From Firmicutes bacterium UBA1874 (GTDB taxonomy: Bacteria > Bacillota > UBA1874): 57,937 bases of DNA. The notes beneath the pieces were generated by a model. It was given only the letters and a program-made list of their open reading frames with translations, did not search any database and had not been told where the DNA came from. Each line of letters begins with the position of its first letter. The first letter of the stretch is position 1. A program made the position numbers and the translations under genes. Where the stretch lies: NCBI GenBank assembly GCA_002352935.1, contig DDHO01000011.1, positions 1 through 57,937 on the forward strand, read 5' to 3'. Positions 48,351 to 57,937 of the stretch are shown piece by piece.

Positions 48351-48932
48351 TTAACCCCTGTAAATCTTACGAAAATAACGGTCTGCTAAAATGGCCACCA
48401 GTGTGCTGCAGGTAGTTGCAAATATTGTGGGCCCGACAACTCCCGTTGGGTCAGCTGAATCAGCAGCAGCCCGGATGCCAATAATGGTAGCAGGGATCAG
48501 TGTTATACACGCAGTATTTAACCCTAAAAAGGTGCACATATCACTGGTCGCTTCCTCTGGATGGGGGTTTAACTTTTGCAGTTCCTGCATAGCCTTTAAG
48601 CCTAAAGGTGTAGCCGCGTTGCCTAAACCGAGTATGTTTGCACTCAAATTCATGATAATCGCACCCATGGCAGGATGGCCCTTAGGTATTCCGGGAAATA
48701 AATAACTCATTGCCGGACGTAAAAGACGGGCCAGCATCCTGACCATACCTGCTTCCTCCGCCATTTTTAGCAGCCCCAGCCACAAAGCCATTAGTCCGAT
48801 TAACTCTATAGAAATCGCAACCGAGTTTTGAGCAGCTTCCAGGGCTGCCGAAGTAACTACTTCAATTTTACCGTTAAAAGCAGCAACAACAATCCCTGAT
48901 AAGAGTAAAAATAGCCAGATAATATTAACCAT
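48351..48932 (-). CDS. spmA: Spore maturation protein A
   Basis: MVNIIWLFLLLSGIVVAAFNG..., typical SpmA. Confidence 0.85.
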   Translation of the reverse strand: MVNIIWLFLLLSGIVVAAFNGKIEVVTSAALEAAQNSVAISIELIGLMALWLGLLKMAEEAGMVRMLARLLRPAMSYLFPGIPKGHPAMGAIIMNLSANILGLGNAATPLGLKAMQELQKLNPHPEEATSDMCTFLGLNTACITLIPATIIGIRAAADSADPTGVVGPTIFATTCSTLVAILADRYFRKIYRG

Positions 48933-49023
48933 TCTCCCTGCCGCCTTTCCCCTAGTAATTTTATGTAATAGAGGTATTTTTTAGAACAGCAGCATTTCGG
49001 TTAATAATTTTAAAAATAATAAT

Positions 49024-49041
49024 CCCCGTTTTTGCACGGGG
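49024..49041 (-). terminator. Terminator after ytfJ
   Basis: CCCCG (49024-28) pairs with CGGGG (49037-41). On the minus strand it is followed by ATTATTATTTTT. Confidence 0.5.
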
Positions 49042-49079
49042 AGTTGCATTTAACATTATTAGGGTGCTTAATTTTTTCT

Positions 49080-49610
49080 TTATTGGCATTTATCGTTTTC
49101 TTGATGCTTATAGTTCAATTTCTGTTCATCTTCATTGCCTTTTTTTCCTCTGCGGGATTTGTCCTGATACTCTTGTAATATGGACTGTATTTGAGAAAGC
49201 ACCTGGGGAGTTAAATTAAGCAGACGGTCCAAGTTGGTATTCGATTCCGCCGGAAGGAGGCGTACAAAGTCCTTCCCCACTATAAGAAAGCCTACCGGTC
49301 GTACGCAAACACCGGCACCGCTTCCCCCGCCAAACGGCAGGACACCGTTTTTTTTCCCGGGACAAATTTTCCCTTCCTCCTTACCATCGCCGCTCTCAAA
49401 AGTATATTCCCCTCCCCCTGCGGCAAAACCGCAGGTAACACGAGATACGGGAATAATAACGATGCCCTCAGAAGTTTCTACCGGGTCACCTATGACAGTG
49501 TTGACGTCAACCATCTCTTTTATACTGTCCATTGCCGTTTTCATCAGGGATTCAATGGGATGCGAAAATTGTTGTTTGTTCATGTCCTGTTCCTGCTCAT
49601 TTTGGGTCAA
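49080..49610 (-). CDS. ytfJ: Sporulation protein YtfJ (GerW family)
   Basis: VIGDPVETSEGIVIIPVSRVTCGFAAGGGEY and PFGGGSGAGVCVRPVGFLIV. Confidence 0.88.
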   Translation of the reverse strand: MTQNEQEQDMNKQQFSHPIESLMKTAMDSIKEMVDVNTVIGDPVETSEGIVIIPVSRVTCGFAAGGGEYTFESGDGKEEGKICPGKKNGVLPFGGGSGAGVCVRPVGFLIVGKDFVRLLPAESNTNLDRLLNLTPQVLSQIQSILQEYQDKSRRGKKGNEDEQKLNYKHQENDKCQ

Positions 49611-49716
49611 ATATCAACTACCTCCTTCAGATTATTTCTACAACAAGTTCCGTTTCTGATTTTTTTGGAACTTTATCTTACTTAATATGTTCTACTTAAA
49701 ATTTAATATGCAGAAG

Positions 49717-50400
49717 CTATTTTATTTTTTCCCAAGTCCGAATAATAAGATAAATGTTTTTGGTTAAAGTCAGGAAAAGAACGACCGGCCGCACGCTGAA
49801 CAGGCACTGAAAATCGGTATTGCTTTTTTTCTCCAAAAAATTAGGTTTAATACTAAATTCGGGTCTCTGAAAATCAATTTGAAAATTATTTGTCAGTACA
49901 TTAAAAATTTGTGACTTAACCGACCATAAAAACCCGTAGGCAGCAGCCGTGACAGCAGGGTCCTCAAGGCCCAATTCCGTTGCCCATTTCAACCTTTGGA
50001 AACGTATTGTTTTACAAAACCTTCTATTAATTTTTACTATACGGCTTAAAAGCTGCACAGCTTTTATCAGCTGCCTAAGGTTTATTCTAAAGGGCAATTT
50101 TTTCCCGCCATCATCAGAATCTGCTTTATAAACGGAGATTTTACTTTTTAGAATTAAACAAAATTTTAATATATTGAAAGGGGATAATCTCACCTGAATG
50201 CTACTTGCCCCCGCCAGTACCAGCGCTTTAATTTTTAATTCACTTTTACCTTCTTTCCTAAGGTAACAAACATCAAATTTTACCGGAAGCCATAGTAAAA
50301 TAGCAAACAAACAGAAAAGAGCTGCTGCTAAAGTTAAAAAAATCAATGAATAATGACCTCCACGACAAATACAAAATATTATTTTAATTTTACCCGTCAA
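49717..50400 (-). CDS. DUF2953 (YtfI-like) sporulation-associated membrane protein
   Basis: N-terminal TM, and its position directly upstream of ytfJ mirrors the Bacillus ytfI-ytfJ pair. Confidence 0.45.
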   Translation of the reverse strand: MTGKIKIIFCICRGGHYSLIFLTLAAALFCLFAILLWLPVKFDVCYLRKEGKSELKIKALVLAGASSIQVRLSPFNILKFCLILKSKISVYKADSDDGGKKLPFRINLRQLIKAVQLLSRIVKINRRFCKTIRFQRLKWATELGLEDPAVTAAAYGFLWSVKSQIFNVLTNNFQIDFQRPEFSIKPNFLEKKSNTDFQCLFSVRPVVLFLTLTKNIYLIIRTWEKIK

Positions 50401-50420
50401 AAGCCCGAGTTATAAGAAAA

Positions 50421-50456
50421 ATAACCTAAATAGACCGCATTTTGGATTTAGGTTAT
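50421..50456 (-). terminator. Terminator after scpB
   Basis: ATAACCTAAAT (50421-31) pairs with ATTTAGGTTAT (50446-56), an 11-bp stem. The minus strand continues TTTTCTT. Confidence 0.6.
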
Positions 50457-50478
50457 TTGTTAACATCCAGCAGGCTTT

Positions 50479-51012
50479 TTAACTATTTTTTATTTTTTCT
50501 AGTTCGGGAAGTTCCTCTATACTCCTCAATCCAAATAACATGAGGAATTTTAAAGTTGTACCATAAAGAATGGGACGCCCAGGGCCCTCTCTTCTTCCTA
50601 CCTCCTTCACCAGCCCCTTTTCTACAAGTGTATAAAGAACGCTGTCTATTTTGACACCCCTAATAAATTCTATTTCGGCTCTAGAAATAGGCTGTTTGTA
50701 AGCTATTATGCCCAGAGTCTCCAATGCAGCATGAGACAAAGTTTCCTTTCGCGGCTTATTGAGTTTTTCAATATAAGCCGAATATTCCGACTTTGTACAC
50801 AACAAATATTTTCCATTATGTTCCATAACTTGCAGGCCCCGCCCTTCTCTATTATTTAATTCCTTTAATTCTTGTATCAGGGCCATCACATCACTCGTTT
50901 TCAAACCTAAAATTTCGGCAATCAATTTCGAGGAAAGTGGTTCGCTGCTCATAAAAAGCAGACACTCTAAAGCAGCTCTTTTATTTTTGTCGGGCTTCGA
51001 AATTCCGGTCAC
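50479..51012 (-). CDS. scpB: Segregation and condensation protein B
   Basis: Tandem winged-helix ScpB pattern (LEALLFMSSEPLS, ISRAEIEFIRGV). Confidence 0.92.
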   Translation of the reverse strand: MTGISKPDKNKRAALECLLFMSSEPLSSKLIAEILGLKTSDVMALIQELKELNNREGRGLQVMEHNGKYLLCTKSEYSAYIEKLNKPRKETLSHAALETLGIIAYKQPISRAEIEFIRGVKIDSVLYTLVEKGLVKEVGRREGPGRPILYGTTLKFLMLFGLRSIEELPELEKIKNS

Positions 51013-51015
51013 TTT

Positions 51016-51765
51016 TTATTCCTCCGGATGCTGAATTTCAACTTTAATTTCTTTAAACAGCTCACTTTGTTCAATAGAAACTAGCTTTAAACGGGCTAAT
51101 TCCAGAAGAGCAATAAAGGTAACTATCAATTCCGTTCGGGTAAAATTAGAAGAAAGAAAGTTATGAAAAGTTTCTGCAGAATTTTTTTCTTTTAAAATTT
51201 TAAAAATGTGCTCTATTTTTTCTTCGATGGTTATCTTTTTTTCTTGAATTTTTTCTAACTTTTTAACTGTTTCCGGTGACCTACGCTTCCAGATTTCGTA
51301 TGTCTTATTTACTAGATCACTTAACGAAATGTCTTTTAAAGACGCGGCCCCGGGGCTTTTGCTGATATGTTTTGGCCCGAAACCACTTTCCCGGGTATAT
51401 ACCCTCTTGCCCTCTTCTTGAATTTTTTTAAATACCAGTGCTATTTCATGGTAGATTTTATATTCACTCAACCTTTCAGCCAGTTCACGGCGCGGATCTT
51501 CGAACGGCAGATCTTCATTGCTAGGCTCACAGGGTTCGCTCGGTAGGAGCATTTTGGATTTCACAAGCAACAACGTAGCTGCCAAAACAATAAATTCGCT
51601 TGCTGTTTCCAGTTCAGATTCTTTAATGTTCCTTAGGTAATCTATGTACTGCTCGGTAATTTTTGATATAGGAATATCATAAATGCTCACTTCTTCTTTA
51701 TCAATTAATTTAAGCAAAAGGTCCAGGGGACCTTCAAAAACTTCTAATTTAACCTGATATACCAT
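51016..51765 (-). CDS. scpA: Segregation and condensation protein A
   Basis: VKLEVFEGPLDLLLKLI N-terminus, kleisin family. Confidence 0.92.
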   Translation of the reverse strand: MVYQVKLEVFEGPLDLLLKLIDKEEVSIYDIPISKITEQYIDYLRNIKESELETASEFIVLAATLLLVKSKMLLPSEPCEPSNEDLPFEDPRRELAERLSEYKIYHEIALVFKKIQEEGKRVYTRESGFGPKHISKSPGAASLKDISLSDLVNKTYEIWKRRSPETVKKLEKIQEKKITIEEKIEHIFKILKEKNSAETFHNFLSSNFTRTELIVTFIALLELARLKLVSIEQSELFKEIKVEIQHPEE

Positions 51766-51782
51766 TTATTGCGGCAACAGCC

Positions 51783-52772
51783 TCAACCGATGCCCATCGC
51801 CTCCCTTACTTTTTCCATCGTTTCTCTCACAACTTTCCGGGCTCGTATCTCCCCTTCCTTTAGCACATCATTTAAATAATTTTCGTTAGCTTCCAGCTCT
51901 TTTCTCCTGCTGCGGATGGGTTCCAGAACCTTGTCCATTCTGCCGGCAAGGTCTTTTTTGCAGGCTACGCAACCGATTTTTCCTTTTTCACAAATTTCTT
52001 TTATTTCGTCTATCCTCTCGGTATTAAAAATTTTTTGGTAGGCAAAAACTGTACAAACCTCGGGGTGGCCGGGATCTGTACGGTGGATGCGGGCCGGATC
52101 CGTAACCATTGAACGTACCTTCTCCCACAGGGCTTCGGAATCGCTGTCTATAGCAATGTCATTCCCGTAGCTTTTACTCATTTTCCGCCCATCTATACCA
52201 GGTAAAAGAGCAATCCGGGAAAGCATGGCCTTGGGTTCGGGAAAGATCCGGGTATTATAAATGTAATGAAACCGTCGAACAATTTCCCTGCAAAACTCGA
52301 GGTGCGGCAGCTGGTCTTCGCCTACGGGCACGGTATCAGCGCAATAAATAATAATATCTGCTGCCTGCAGCAGGGGATAACCTAAAAAGCCGTATGTGGA
52401 GACATCTTTACCGGCTTCCTGGAGCTGATATAACTGTTCTTTATATGTCGGAACGCGCTCGAGCCAGGACAAAGGAGTAATCATAGATAGTAGCAGATGC
52501 AGTTCCGCATGTTCCTTAATATGCGATTGAATAAATATTGTGCTCTTCTGAGGATCTATTCCTATGCTCAGCCAGCTAAGAAGCATTTCTCTTATATTTT
52601 CCTTAATTTTTTCCGTATTGTCATAAGACGTGGTTAAAGCATGCCAGTCCACAATGGTAAAAAAACATTCATATTCTTCTTGGAGTTTAACCCAATTTTC
52701 CAAAACGCTATGATGGCCTATATGCAGCTTCCCGGTAGGCCGCATTCCACTCAAAATCCTTCCTTTAAACAT
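51783..52772 (-). CDS. trpS: Tryptophan--tRNA ligase
   Basis: SGMRPTGKLHIGH (HIGH) and KMSKS motifs. Confidence 0.95.
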   Translation of the reverse strand: MFKGRILSGMRPTGKLHIGHHSVLENWVKLQEEYECFFTIVDWHALTTSYDNTEKIKENIREMLLSWLSIGIDPQKSTIFIQSHIKEHAELHLLLSMITPLSWLERVPTYKEQLYQLQEAGKDVSTYGFLGYPLLQAADIIIYCADTVPVGEDQLPHLEFCREIVRRFHYIYNTRIFPEPKAMLSRIALLPGIDGRKMSKSYGNDIAIDSDSEALWEKVRSMVTDPARIHRTDPGHPEVCTVFAYQKIFNTERIDEIKEICEKGKIGCVACKKDLAGRMDKVLEPIRSRRKELEANENYLNDVLKEGEIRARKVVRETMEKVREAMGIG

Positions 52773-52839
52773 TTCTTTCTCTCCTTTTTAGTTTTGATAG
52801 CTGATGGATACAAAGATAATCAGAAAGATAATTAGACTA

Positions 52840-53469
52840 TTAAATGTAACCTATACCTCCCATTTTAAACATAAAATCTACTACAGCCTGCACCAGGGGA
52901 AACAGTATCCTTCCTATAACACCTGTGACCAGTAAAATAATCAGGAAAAAAGGTCCGTAAGCTTCCAACTTATACACAAAAGAAGCCCCCTGACGCGGGA
53001 GAAGCCCGGCCAGTACTTTAGAGCCGTCCAGGGGGGGAACGGGTATAAGGTTGAAAATAGCAAGCATCGCGTTAAACCACACCAAGTACTTAAAAAATAA
53101 TAGTAAATAAACAGAATGTAAAGCAGGAGCCTGTACTATATGATAACCAAAAGCAGCCAGGTAGGAAAGCAGTAAATTCATTGCAGGCCCGGCCAACCCT
53201 ACGTACATCATACCCTTAACCTTGTCTACATGAAAGTAATAAGGGTTAACTTGAACAGGCTTAGCCCAGCCGAACCCAACGAGAAACAGCATTAACGTTC
53301 CCAGAACGTCCAGATGGATAATGGGATTTAAAGATAGGCGTCCTTGCTGCTCCGGCGTAGGGTCACCCAATAATGCAGCTACCTTTCCGTGGGCATATTC
53401 ATGAAAAGTAATCGCAATTAGTATAGCAGGCGCCCCCGCAATTAATGCCTCAATACTTTGGAAGAACAC
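52840..53469 (-). CDS. Site-2 protease (peptidase M50) family protein
   Basis: HEYAHG zinc motif in TM1, multiple TMs, and the PVPPLDGS (LDG) motif. Confidence 0.85.
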   Translation of the reverse strand: MFFQSIEALIAGAPAILIAITFHEYAHGKVAALLGDPTPEQQGRLSLNPIIHLDVLGTLMLFLVGFGWAKPVQVNPYYFHVDKVKGMMYVGLAGPAMNLLLSYLAAFGYHIVQAPALHSVYLLLFFKYLVWFNAMLAIFNLIPVPPLDGSKVLAGLLPRQGASFVYKLEAYGPFFLIILLVTGVIGRILFPLVQAVVDFMFKMGGIGYI

Positions 53470-53475
53470 TGATAT

Positions 53476-54741
53476 TCAACTCCCTTTGTGCGCCAGCAAC
53501 CCACGAATACAGTCCAGGGCCTCCCGGCGATTTTTTAGCTTGCCGTCAAGATAAGCGTATTCGAGTTTCTTTAAGATAGTACTGTATTCCGGACCAGGTT
53601 GGATACCCAGCTCTTTTAAATCTTCACCACTGACCTCAACATTTAGTTCTTCCCTTTTCTTAAGATATTTCACCATATCCCTAATAATAGCCAGGCAGGC
53701 TCCTTGGGCCGAAATAGCTAATATGCTTTCGGGGGGCAAACCACTTAATGTTTTGTGCAACTCCCCGGGAGTCCTCGGTAAAGATGAAACCCTTTTTAAT
53801 ATTTCCTTTCCCCGAGCTGCCTGACTTACCGCTTCTATTTCGTGTTTTTTTAAATTAAATCGCCTTACCCTGTCAGCCGCAAGGTCAGGGGCCAGGAAGT
53901 GGTAAATAACCGCGAGATGGAACAGCGGCAGCGAAATTTTGGCTAAACAGCCGAATTCCTTCCGATAGATATCCAAAGCAGCAGGAACGCGGCCGATAAC
54001 GTTCCACCATTCTTCATCGATATTTATGTGAAAAATGGCTTCCAGCAGGCCCAGTTCGCAAAATTTCCGAAGAACGGTATCTATGGATTCTAAAGCCAAC
54101 AATTGATGCAGTTCCGCCCACAACCTCGACCCAGACACTCTTGACAGAGCTTCCCGGACCTGGAGTTGCCCGGCCAGGGAGTAAGTTTTCGGTTCCATAA
54201 CCATTCCCAGGCTGTTTTCAAAACGAACAGCCCTTAAAATACGGGTAGGGTCATCTAAAAAACTTGAATCGTGCAAGACGCGCAGGACACCCTTTTTTAA
54301 ATCGGAGCAGCCGCCAAAAAAATCCACAAGCGTGCCAAAACGTTCCGGATTCAGCTCAACAGCAAGAGTATTAATAGTAAAATCACGCCTGTAAAGATCT
54401 TCACGTAAATTGGAAGCTTTTACCTCGGGCAAAGCAGCAGGACTTGAGTAAAACTCCTTCCTAGCAGTTGCAACATCTATTCTCGCTCCTTCTGGGAGAA
54501 ATACCACAGCAGTTAAAAACTTCCTGTTAATCTTAACTGTTCCACTGTAACCAGCAGCAAGATGATGAGCAAACCTGAAACCATCACCTACCACCACAAG
54601 GTCCAGATCTTGGTTAGGTTTACAGAGGAGAAGATCCCGTAACATCCCTCCCACGAGATATACCTTACAGCCCAGGTTTTTGGCAATAATACCAGCTTCG
54701 CGTAAAATTCTTAATATACCCGGTGAAAGCCTTTCAACCAC
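53476..54741 (-). CDS. CCA-adding enzyme / poly(A) polymerase family nucleotidyltransferase
   Basis: YLVGGMLRDLLL..DLDLVV nucleotidyltransferase head domain and RRDFTINTLA motif. Confidence 0.82.
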   Translation of the reverse strand: MVERLSPGILRILREAGIIAKNLGCKVYLVGGMLRDLLLCKPNQDLDLVVVGDGFRFAHHLAAGYSGTVKINRKFLTAVVFLPEGARIDVATARKEFYSSPAALPEVKASNLREDLYRRDFTINTLAVELNPERFGTLVDFFGGCSDLKKGVLRVLHDSSFLDDPTRILRAVRFENSLGMVMEPKTYSLAGQLQVREALSRVSGSRLWAELHQLLALESIDTVLRKFCELGLLEAIFHINIDEEWWNVIGRVPAALDIYRKEFGCLAKISLPLFHLAVIYHFLAPDLAADRVRRFNLKKHEIEAVSQAARGKEILKRVSSLPRTPGELHKTLSGLPPESILAISAQGACLAIIRDMVKYLKKREELNVEVSGEDLKELGIQPGPEYSTILKKLEYAYLDGKLKNRREALDCIRGLLAHKGS

Positions 54742-54889
54742 TATCCCCGCTGCATTCCCAGTAATAACACTACCTCCTTTTGGAAAATAAATCTTAATAT
54801 GAGCATACTGTTATTTCCGAAATATTTTGCTAAAAATTATAACACGAGTACAGTTGTCCGTTCAATAAATCGAGCAGACGAGCTGTTTT

Positions 54890-54917
54890 AAAAAAAAGGA
54901 CGCCATTTACAGGCGCC
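54890..54917 (-). terminator. Possible terminator after lysA
   Basis: Short GC stem (GCGCC/GGCGT). On the minus strand it is followed by eight T. Confidence 0.4.
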
Positions 54918-54964
54918 AGAAAACCAGGGCGGGACTAAACCCTCTTACTGAACAGTTATTAGTT

Positions 54965-56308
54965 TTAACAGCGAGAAACGGCAGCCATATCAACCCTTTG
55001 AAGTCTTTTGGGAAGAAGGTCATTACGGACTATATCTTCCAGGGTCTCCCTCTTCACAATAAGGTCAGCGTTTCCTCCACATACAAGCACGGCAGCAGGC
55101 CGCGGAATACGATTATAATTGTTCGACATAGAGTATCCGTAAGCACCAGTACAAAAAACCGCCAGTATATCACCGTGTGCAGCTTCCGGTAATTTAATGT
55201 CCCAAATGAGCATATCCCCGGACTCGCAGCATTTGCCAGTAACGGAATAAACCTTACTATCTTTTTCTGCGACCTTATTGGCAATTACAGCCTCATACCT
55301 TGCCTGGTAAAGAGCAGGGCGAATGTTGTCGGTCATTCCTCCATCAACCGCCAGATATCTGCGAACGCCGGGAATTTCCTTGACGTGACCAATTTTATAA
55401 AGCGTGGTCCCCGCCGGTCCGACTACAGAACGCCCGGGTTCAATAATTATTTTGGGTATTGGAAAGTTTAATTTTCGACTTTCATCCTTTATTGCAAAAC
55501 TTATTGCCTCGGCAAAATCTTGTGTTTCTGCGGGGGTATCACCTGAAGCGTAATAAATTCCAAACCCCCCACCAAGGTTAAGTTCTCGAAGTTCCTTACC
55601 TGTTTCTCTCCTTAAATCGTCCATAAAACGCAGCATTATCCGTGCTGCGCTGGCAAATGGTTCAGGTTCAAAAATTTGAGATCCTATATGGCAGTGAAGT
55701 CCTTCGAGGTTAACATTTTTAAGCTTCAGGGCTTCCCTTACTGCTTTTATGGCCTGCCCGTTAGGCAGAGTAAAACCAAATTTTGAATCAATTTGTCCCG
55801 TCCGAATATATTCATGCGTATGCGCTTCGATGCCCGGAGTAATACGCAAGAGAATAGAAACATTTTTTTGGAGCCTGGAACACATCGTCTCTAAAAGCTG
55901 AAGCTCGTAAAAATTATCCACAACAATACGGCCCACGCCCTCTTCCAGGGCTAACTGTATTTCTTCTTCCGATTTATTGTTCCCGTGCAGATAAATTTTT
56001 TTAGAAGGAAAACCGGCTTTAAGGGCAGTATAAAGCTCCCCCCCAGACACAACATCCAAACCCATCTGCTCTTCATTCATAATTGCCGCGATTGCTACGG
56101 TAAGCATTGCTTTTCCCGCATAAAGCACTTCAACTCTTTCAAAATGCTCTTTAAAAAAATGCTGATACTTACGGCATGTTTCCCTTAAATAAGCTTCGTC
56201 AATTACATAAAGGGGGGTCCCAAATTCTTCAGCTAACTTTACAGTATCGCATCCACCTATTTCCAAGTGTCCCAGTTCGTTTATTTTCATAGTCCCGTTT
56301 AATTTCAA
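54965..56308 (-). CDS. lysA: Diaminopimelate decarboxylase
   Basis: FGTPLYVIDE, AGKA PLP-lysine region and CESGD motif. TTG 56308 lies 6 nt after GGAGAGG (alternative ATG at 56290). Confidence 0.92.
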   Translation of the reverse strand: MKLNGTMKINELGHLEIGGCDTVKLAEEFGTPLYVIDEAYLRETCRKYQHFFKEHFERVEVLYAGKAMLTVAIAAIMNEEQMGLDVVSGGELYTALKAGFPSKKIYLHGNNKSEEEIQLALEEGVGRIVVDNFYELQLLETMCSRLQKNVSILLRITPGIEAHTHEYIRTGQIDSKFGFTLPNGQAIKAVREALKLKNVNLEGLHCHIGSQIFEPEPFASAARIMLRFMDDLRRETGKELRELNLGGGFGIYYASGDTPAETQDFAEAISFAIKDESRKLNFPIPKIIIEPGRSVVGPAGTTLYKIGHVKEIPGVRRYLAVDGGMTDNIRPALYQARYEAVIANKVAEKDSKVYSVTGKCCESGDMLIWDIKLPEAAHGDILAVFCTGAYGYSMSNNYNRIPRPAAVLVCGGNADLIVKRETLEDIVRNDLLPKRLQRVDMAAVSRC

Positions 56309-56361
56309 AGTTTACCTCTCCTTCTTGAAATAAAGGTAACTTATTATTAGAAAAATTAGCC

Positions 56362-56386
56362 GGGCGGCCTTACCTTTCGGCCGCCC
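56362..56386 (-). terminator. Terminator after the TrpB2 gene
   Basis: GGGCGGCC pairs with GGCCGCCC, an 8-bp GC stem (56362-69 / 56379-86). The minus strand continues GGCTAATTTTT. Confidence 0.6.
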
Positions 56387-56461
56387 CTATTTATTTGTTT
56401 TAAATTATATTTCCCACGGGCTAATACGAAGAAAAGGTCCCGCTTAACTTAATCCCTCAAA

Positions 56462-57823
56462 CTAGAGCTCTGGCAGGGTGGACCAGCTCTTCTCCAGCAA
56501 TTCATCCGAAAGGGGGGCATCTTTAAGCTGCCCGCTTAAATAATTATCATAAGCAGAAAGGTCAAAATGCCCGTGCCCGCTGAGATTAAAGAGTATGGTC
56601 TTGCTTTCGCCGCTTTCCTTGCAGGCCAATGCCTCTTCAACGGCACCATGAATAGCATGAGCACTTTCTGGAGCCGGAAGTATTGCCTCTGTCCGGGCAA
56701 ACAAAACGGCGGAAGAGAAGACGTCTCTTTGATTGTAAGCCCTAGCAGTTATATACCCGTCATGATAAAGCTGGCTGAGGAGTGGCGACTCGCCGTGATA
56801 TCTCAAGCCGCCTGCATGAATGCCAGGAGGTACAAAGTCATGGCCCAACGTATACATTTTAAGCATGGGAGTAAGTTTAGCGGTATCCCCAAAATCGTAG
56901 GCAAATTTTCCGCGTGTCAGAGTCGGACAGGCAGTAGGTTCAATCGCACGCAATTCTATCTTTTTCCCGTTTAAAATATCAGTAAAAAAAGGAAAGGCAA
57001 TTCCGCTGAAATTGCTCCCCCCGCCGCAGCACCCGATAACTACATCAGGAAAAGCATCAGCTTTTTCCATCTGTTTTTTAGCCTCCAGGCCTATGACGGT
57101 CTGGTGTAGCATAACATGATTGAGAACGCTACCCAGAGAGTAATGAGTATCACTACGGGAAGCTGCAATTTCTACGGCTTCGCTGATCGCAATACCAAGT
57201 GTTCCCGGAGAAGAAGGATCTTTTTCTAATATTTCGCGTCCGGATTTAGTCTGACTGCTGGGACTGGGAATAACATTCGCACCATAAGTTTCCATAAAAA
57301 TCCGGCGGTAAGGTTTTTGATCATAGCTTACTCGTACCATATACACTTCGCATTCCAGGTCAAAAAAGCTACAGGCTATGCTGAGCGCAGTACCCCACTG
57401 GCCGGCACCCGTTTCAGTAGTCAAACGTTTTGTACCGGAAATCTTATTATAGTAAGCCTGGGGTAAGGAAGTATTTAATTTATGACTGCCGGCAGGGCTT
57501 GTCCCTTCATACTTGTAGTAAATTTTGGCTGGAGTATCCAGTTCTTTCTCCAAATTGTAAGCACGGTACATGGGAGACGGGCGCCAAAGACGGTAGAGTT
57601 CTCTTACTTTCTCAGGAATTTCAATCCAGCGGTCAGTACTTACCTCTTGAATTATCAGGTCCATAGGGAAAAGGGGTGCAAGGTCCTCAGGCCCTGCAGG
57701 TTTTTTGGTAGCCGGATTTAAAGGGGGGCTTAATGGGTTAGGTAAGTCCGCCTGAATATTATACCAGCTTGTTGGAATATCTTTTTCTTCTAATAAAATT
57801 TTATAATCTTCACTCAACCTCAT
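56462..57823 (-). CDS. TrpB-like PLP-dependent enzyme (tryptophan synthase beta, TrpB2 type)
   Basis: N-terminal [13 protein letters not shown] extension, SHKLN lysine motif, roughly 450 aa as in TrpB2. The ATG at 57823 follows GAGGAGAGGAGAG. The ORF-track TTG at 57838 lies inside that SD. Confidence 0.88.
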   Translation of the reverse strand: MRLSEDYKILLEEKDIPTSWYNIQADLPNPLSPPLNPATKKPAGPEDLAPLFPMDLIIQEVSTDRWIEIPEKVRELYRLWRPSPMYRAYNLEKELDTPAKIYYKYEGTSPAGSHKLNTSLPQAYYNKISGTKRLTTETGAGQWGTALSIACSFFDLECEVYMVRVSYDQKPYRRIFMETYGANVIPSPSSQTKSGREILEKDPSSPGTLGIAISEAVEIAASRSDTHYSLGSVLNHVMLHQTVIGLEAKKQMEKADAFPDVVIGCCGGGSNFSGIAFPFFTDILNGKKIELRAIEPTACPTLTRGKFAYDFGDTAKLTPMLKMYTLGHDFVPPGIHAGGLRYHGESPLLSQLYHDGYITARAYNQRDVFSSAVLFARTEAILPAPESAHAIHGAVEEALACKESGESKTILFNLSGHGHFDLSAYDNYLSGQLKDAPLSDELLEKSWSTLPEL

Positions 57824-57841
57824 CTCTCCTCTCCTCAACTA
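57808..57841 (-). promoter_or_regulatory. Phased NAG triplet array covering the SD and start codon of the TrpB2 gene
   Basis: TAG-tt-GAG-ga-GAG-ga-GAG-at-GAG-gtt-GAG-tg-AAG on the minus strand. The AUG is formed by the 'at' spacer plus the G of the fifth triplet. Confidence 0.6.
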
Positions 57842-57871
57842 AGAAGATGTGAACTATAAAAACTAATAATT

Positions 57872-57901
57872 ATTCTACTAGAATTGTCTTTTTTTGTCCA
57901 A
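57872..57901 (-). promoter_or_regulatory. Possible promoter of the TrpB2 gene
   Basis: TTGGAC (57901-57896), 18-nt spacer, TAGAAT (57877-57872). Confidence 0.35.
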
Positions 57902-57937
57902 TTGAAAATCAACCGGCATAGTGTCAATATACTGTAG

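Noticed and set aside
56309-56461. Possible lysine (L-box) riboswitch upstream of lysA.
   Set aside because: The gap is about 150 nt, and a third of it is the terminator of the upstream gene. No L-box conserved helices were recognisable.

Overview
This is a 57.9-kb chromosomal window from an endospore-forming Firmicute. Gene content and synteny look clostridial, of the Peptococcaceae/Desulfotomaculum type, but that is inference only. Bases 1-3.9 kb carry a CotF-like coat gene and a + strand znuACB-zur zinc uptake operon with a palindromic operator. Bases 3.9-10.8 kb form a patchy accessory region ending at a tRNA-Pro(GGG). It holds an XRE regulator (apparently frameshifted) paired with a 336-aa protein that has a nuclease-like C-terminus, a shortened CGGC protein, a methyltransferase and a J-domain protein. 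It also holds a formate-dehydrogenase relic, a selD gene that needs in-frame UGA (selenocysteine) read-through, a frameshifted LysR gene and an integrase relic. From 11 kb to the end everything is on the minus strand and is core metabolism plus sporulation. There is an S-box-controlled metY-metX-hom-thrC-lysC block, then spoIVA, gpsA-plsY-der, and a DUF512/DUF3189x2/YIEGIA/spoIIP cluster. These are followed by fni, an ispH-S1 fusion, plsC-cmk, a 12-kb aromatic amino acid block (hutP-like, aroH, trpEGDCFBA, aroF, pheA, tyrA, aroA), and ilvC, cobO, rluB, spmAB, ytfJI, scpAB, trpS, lysA and a second TrpB2-type trpB. The most interesting signal is regulatory. The aroH-trpE leader holds 10 NAG triplets in exact 5-nt register, together with a 5' hairpin and a terminator. 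A second phased NAG array covers the SD and AUG of trpB2. This is a TRAP-style RNA-binding regulon signature, yet the only NAG-triplet-binding family protein encoded in the window is a HutP homologue sitting directly upstream of aroH. Several ORF-track starts fall inside Shine-Dalgarno sequences and were moved to the better-supported start codon.
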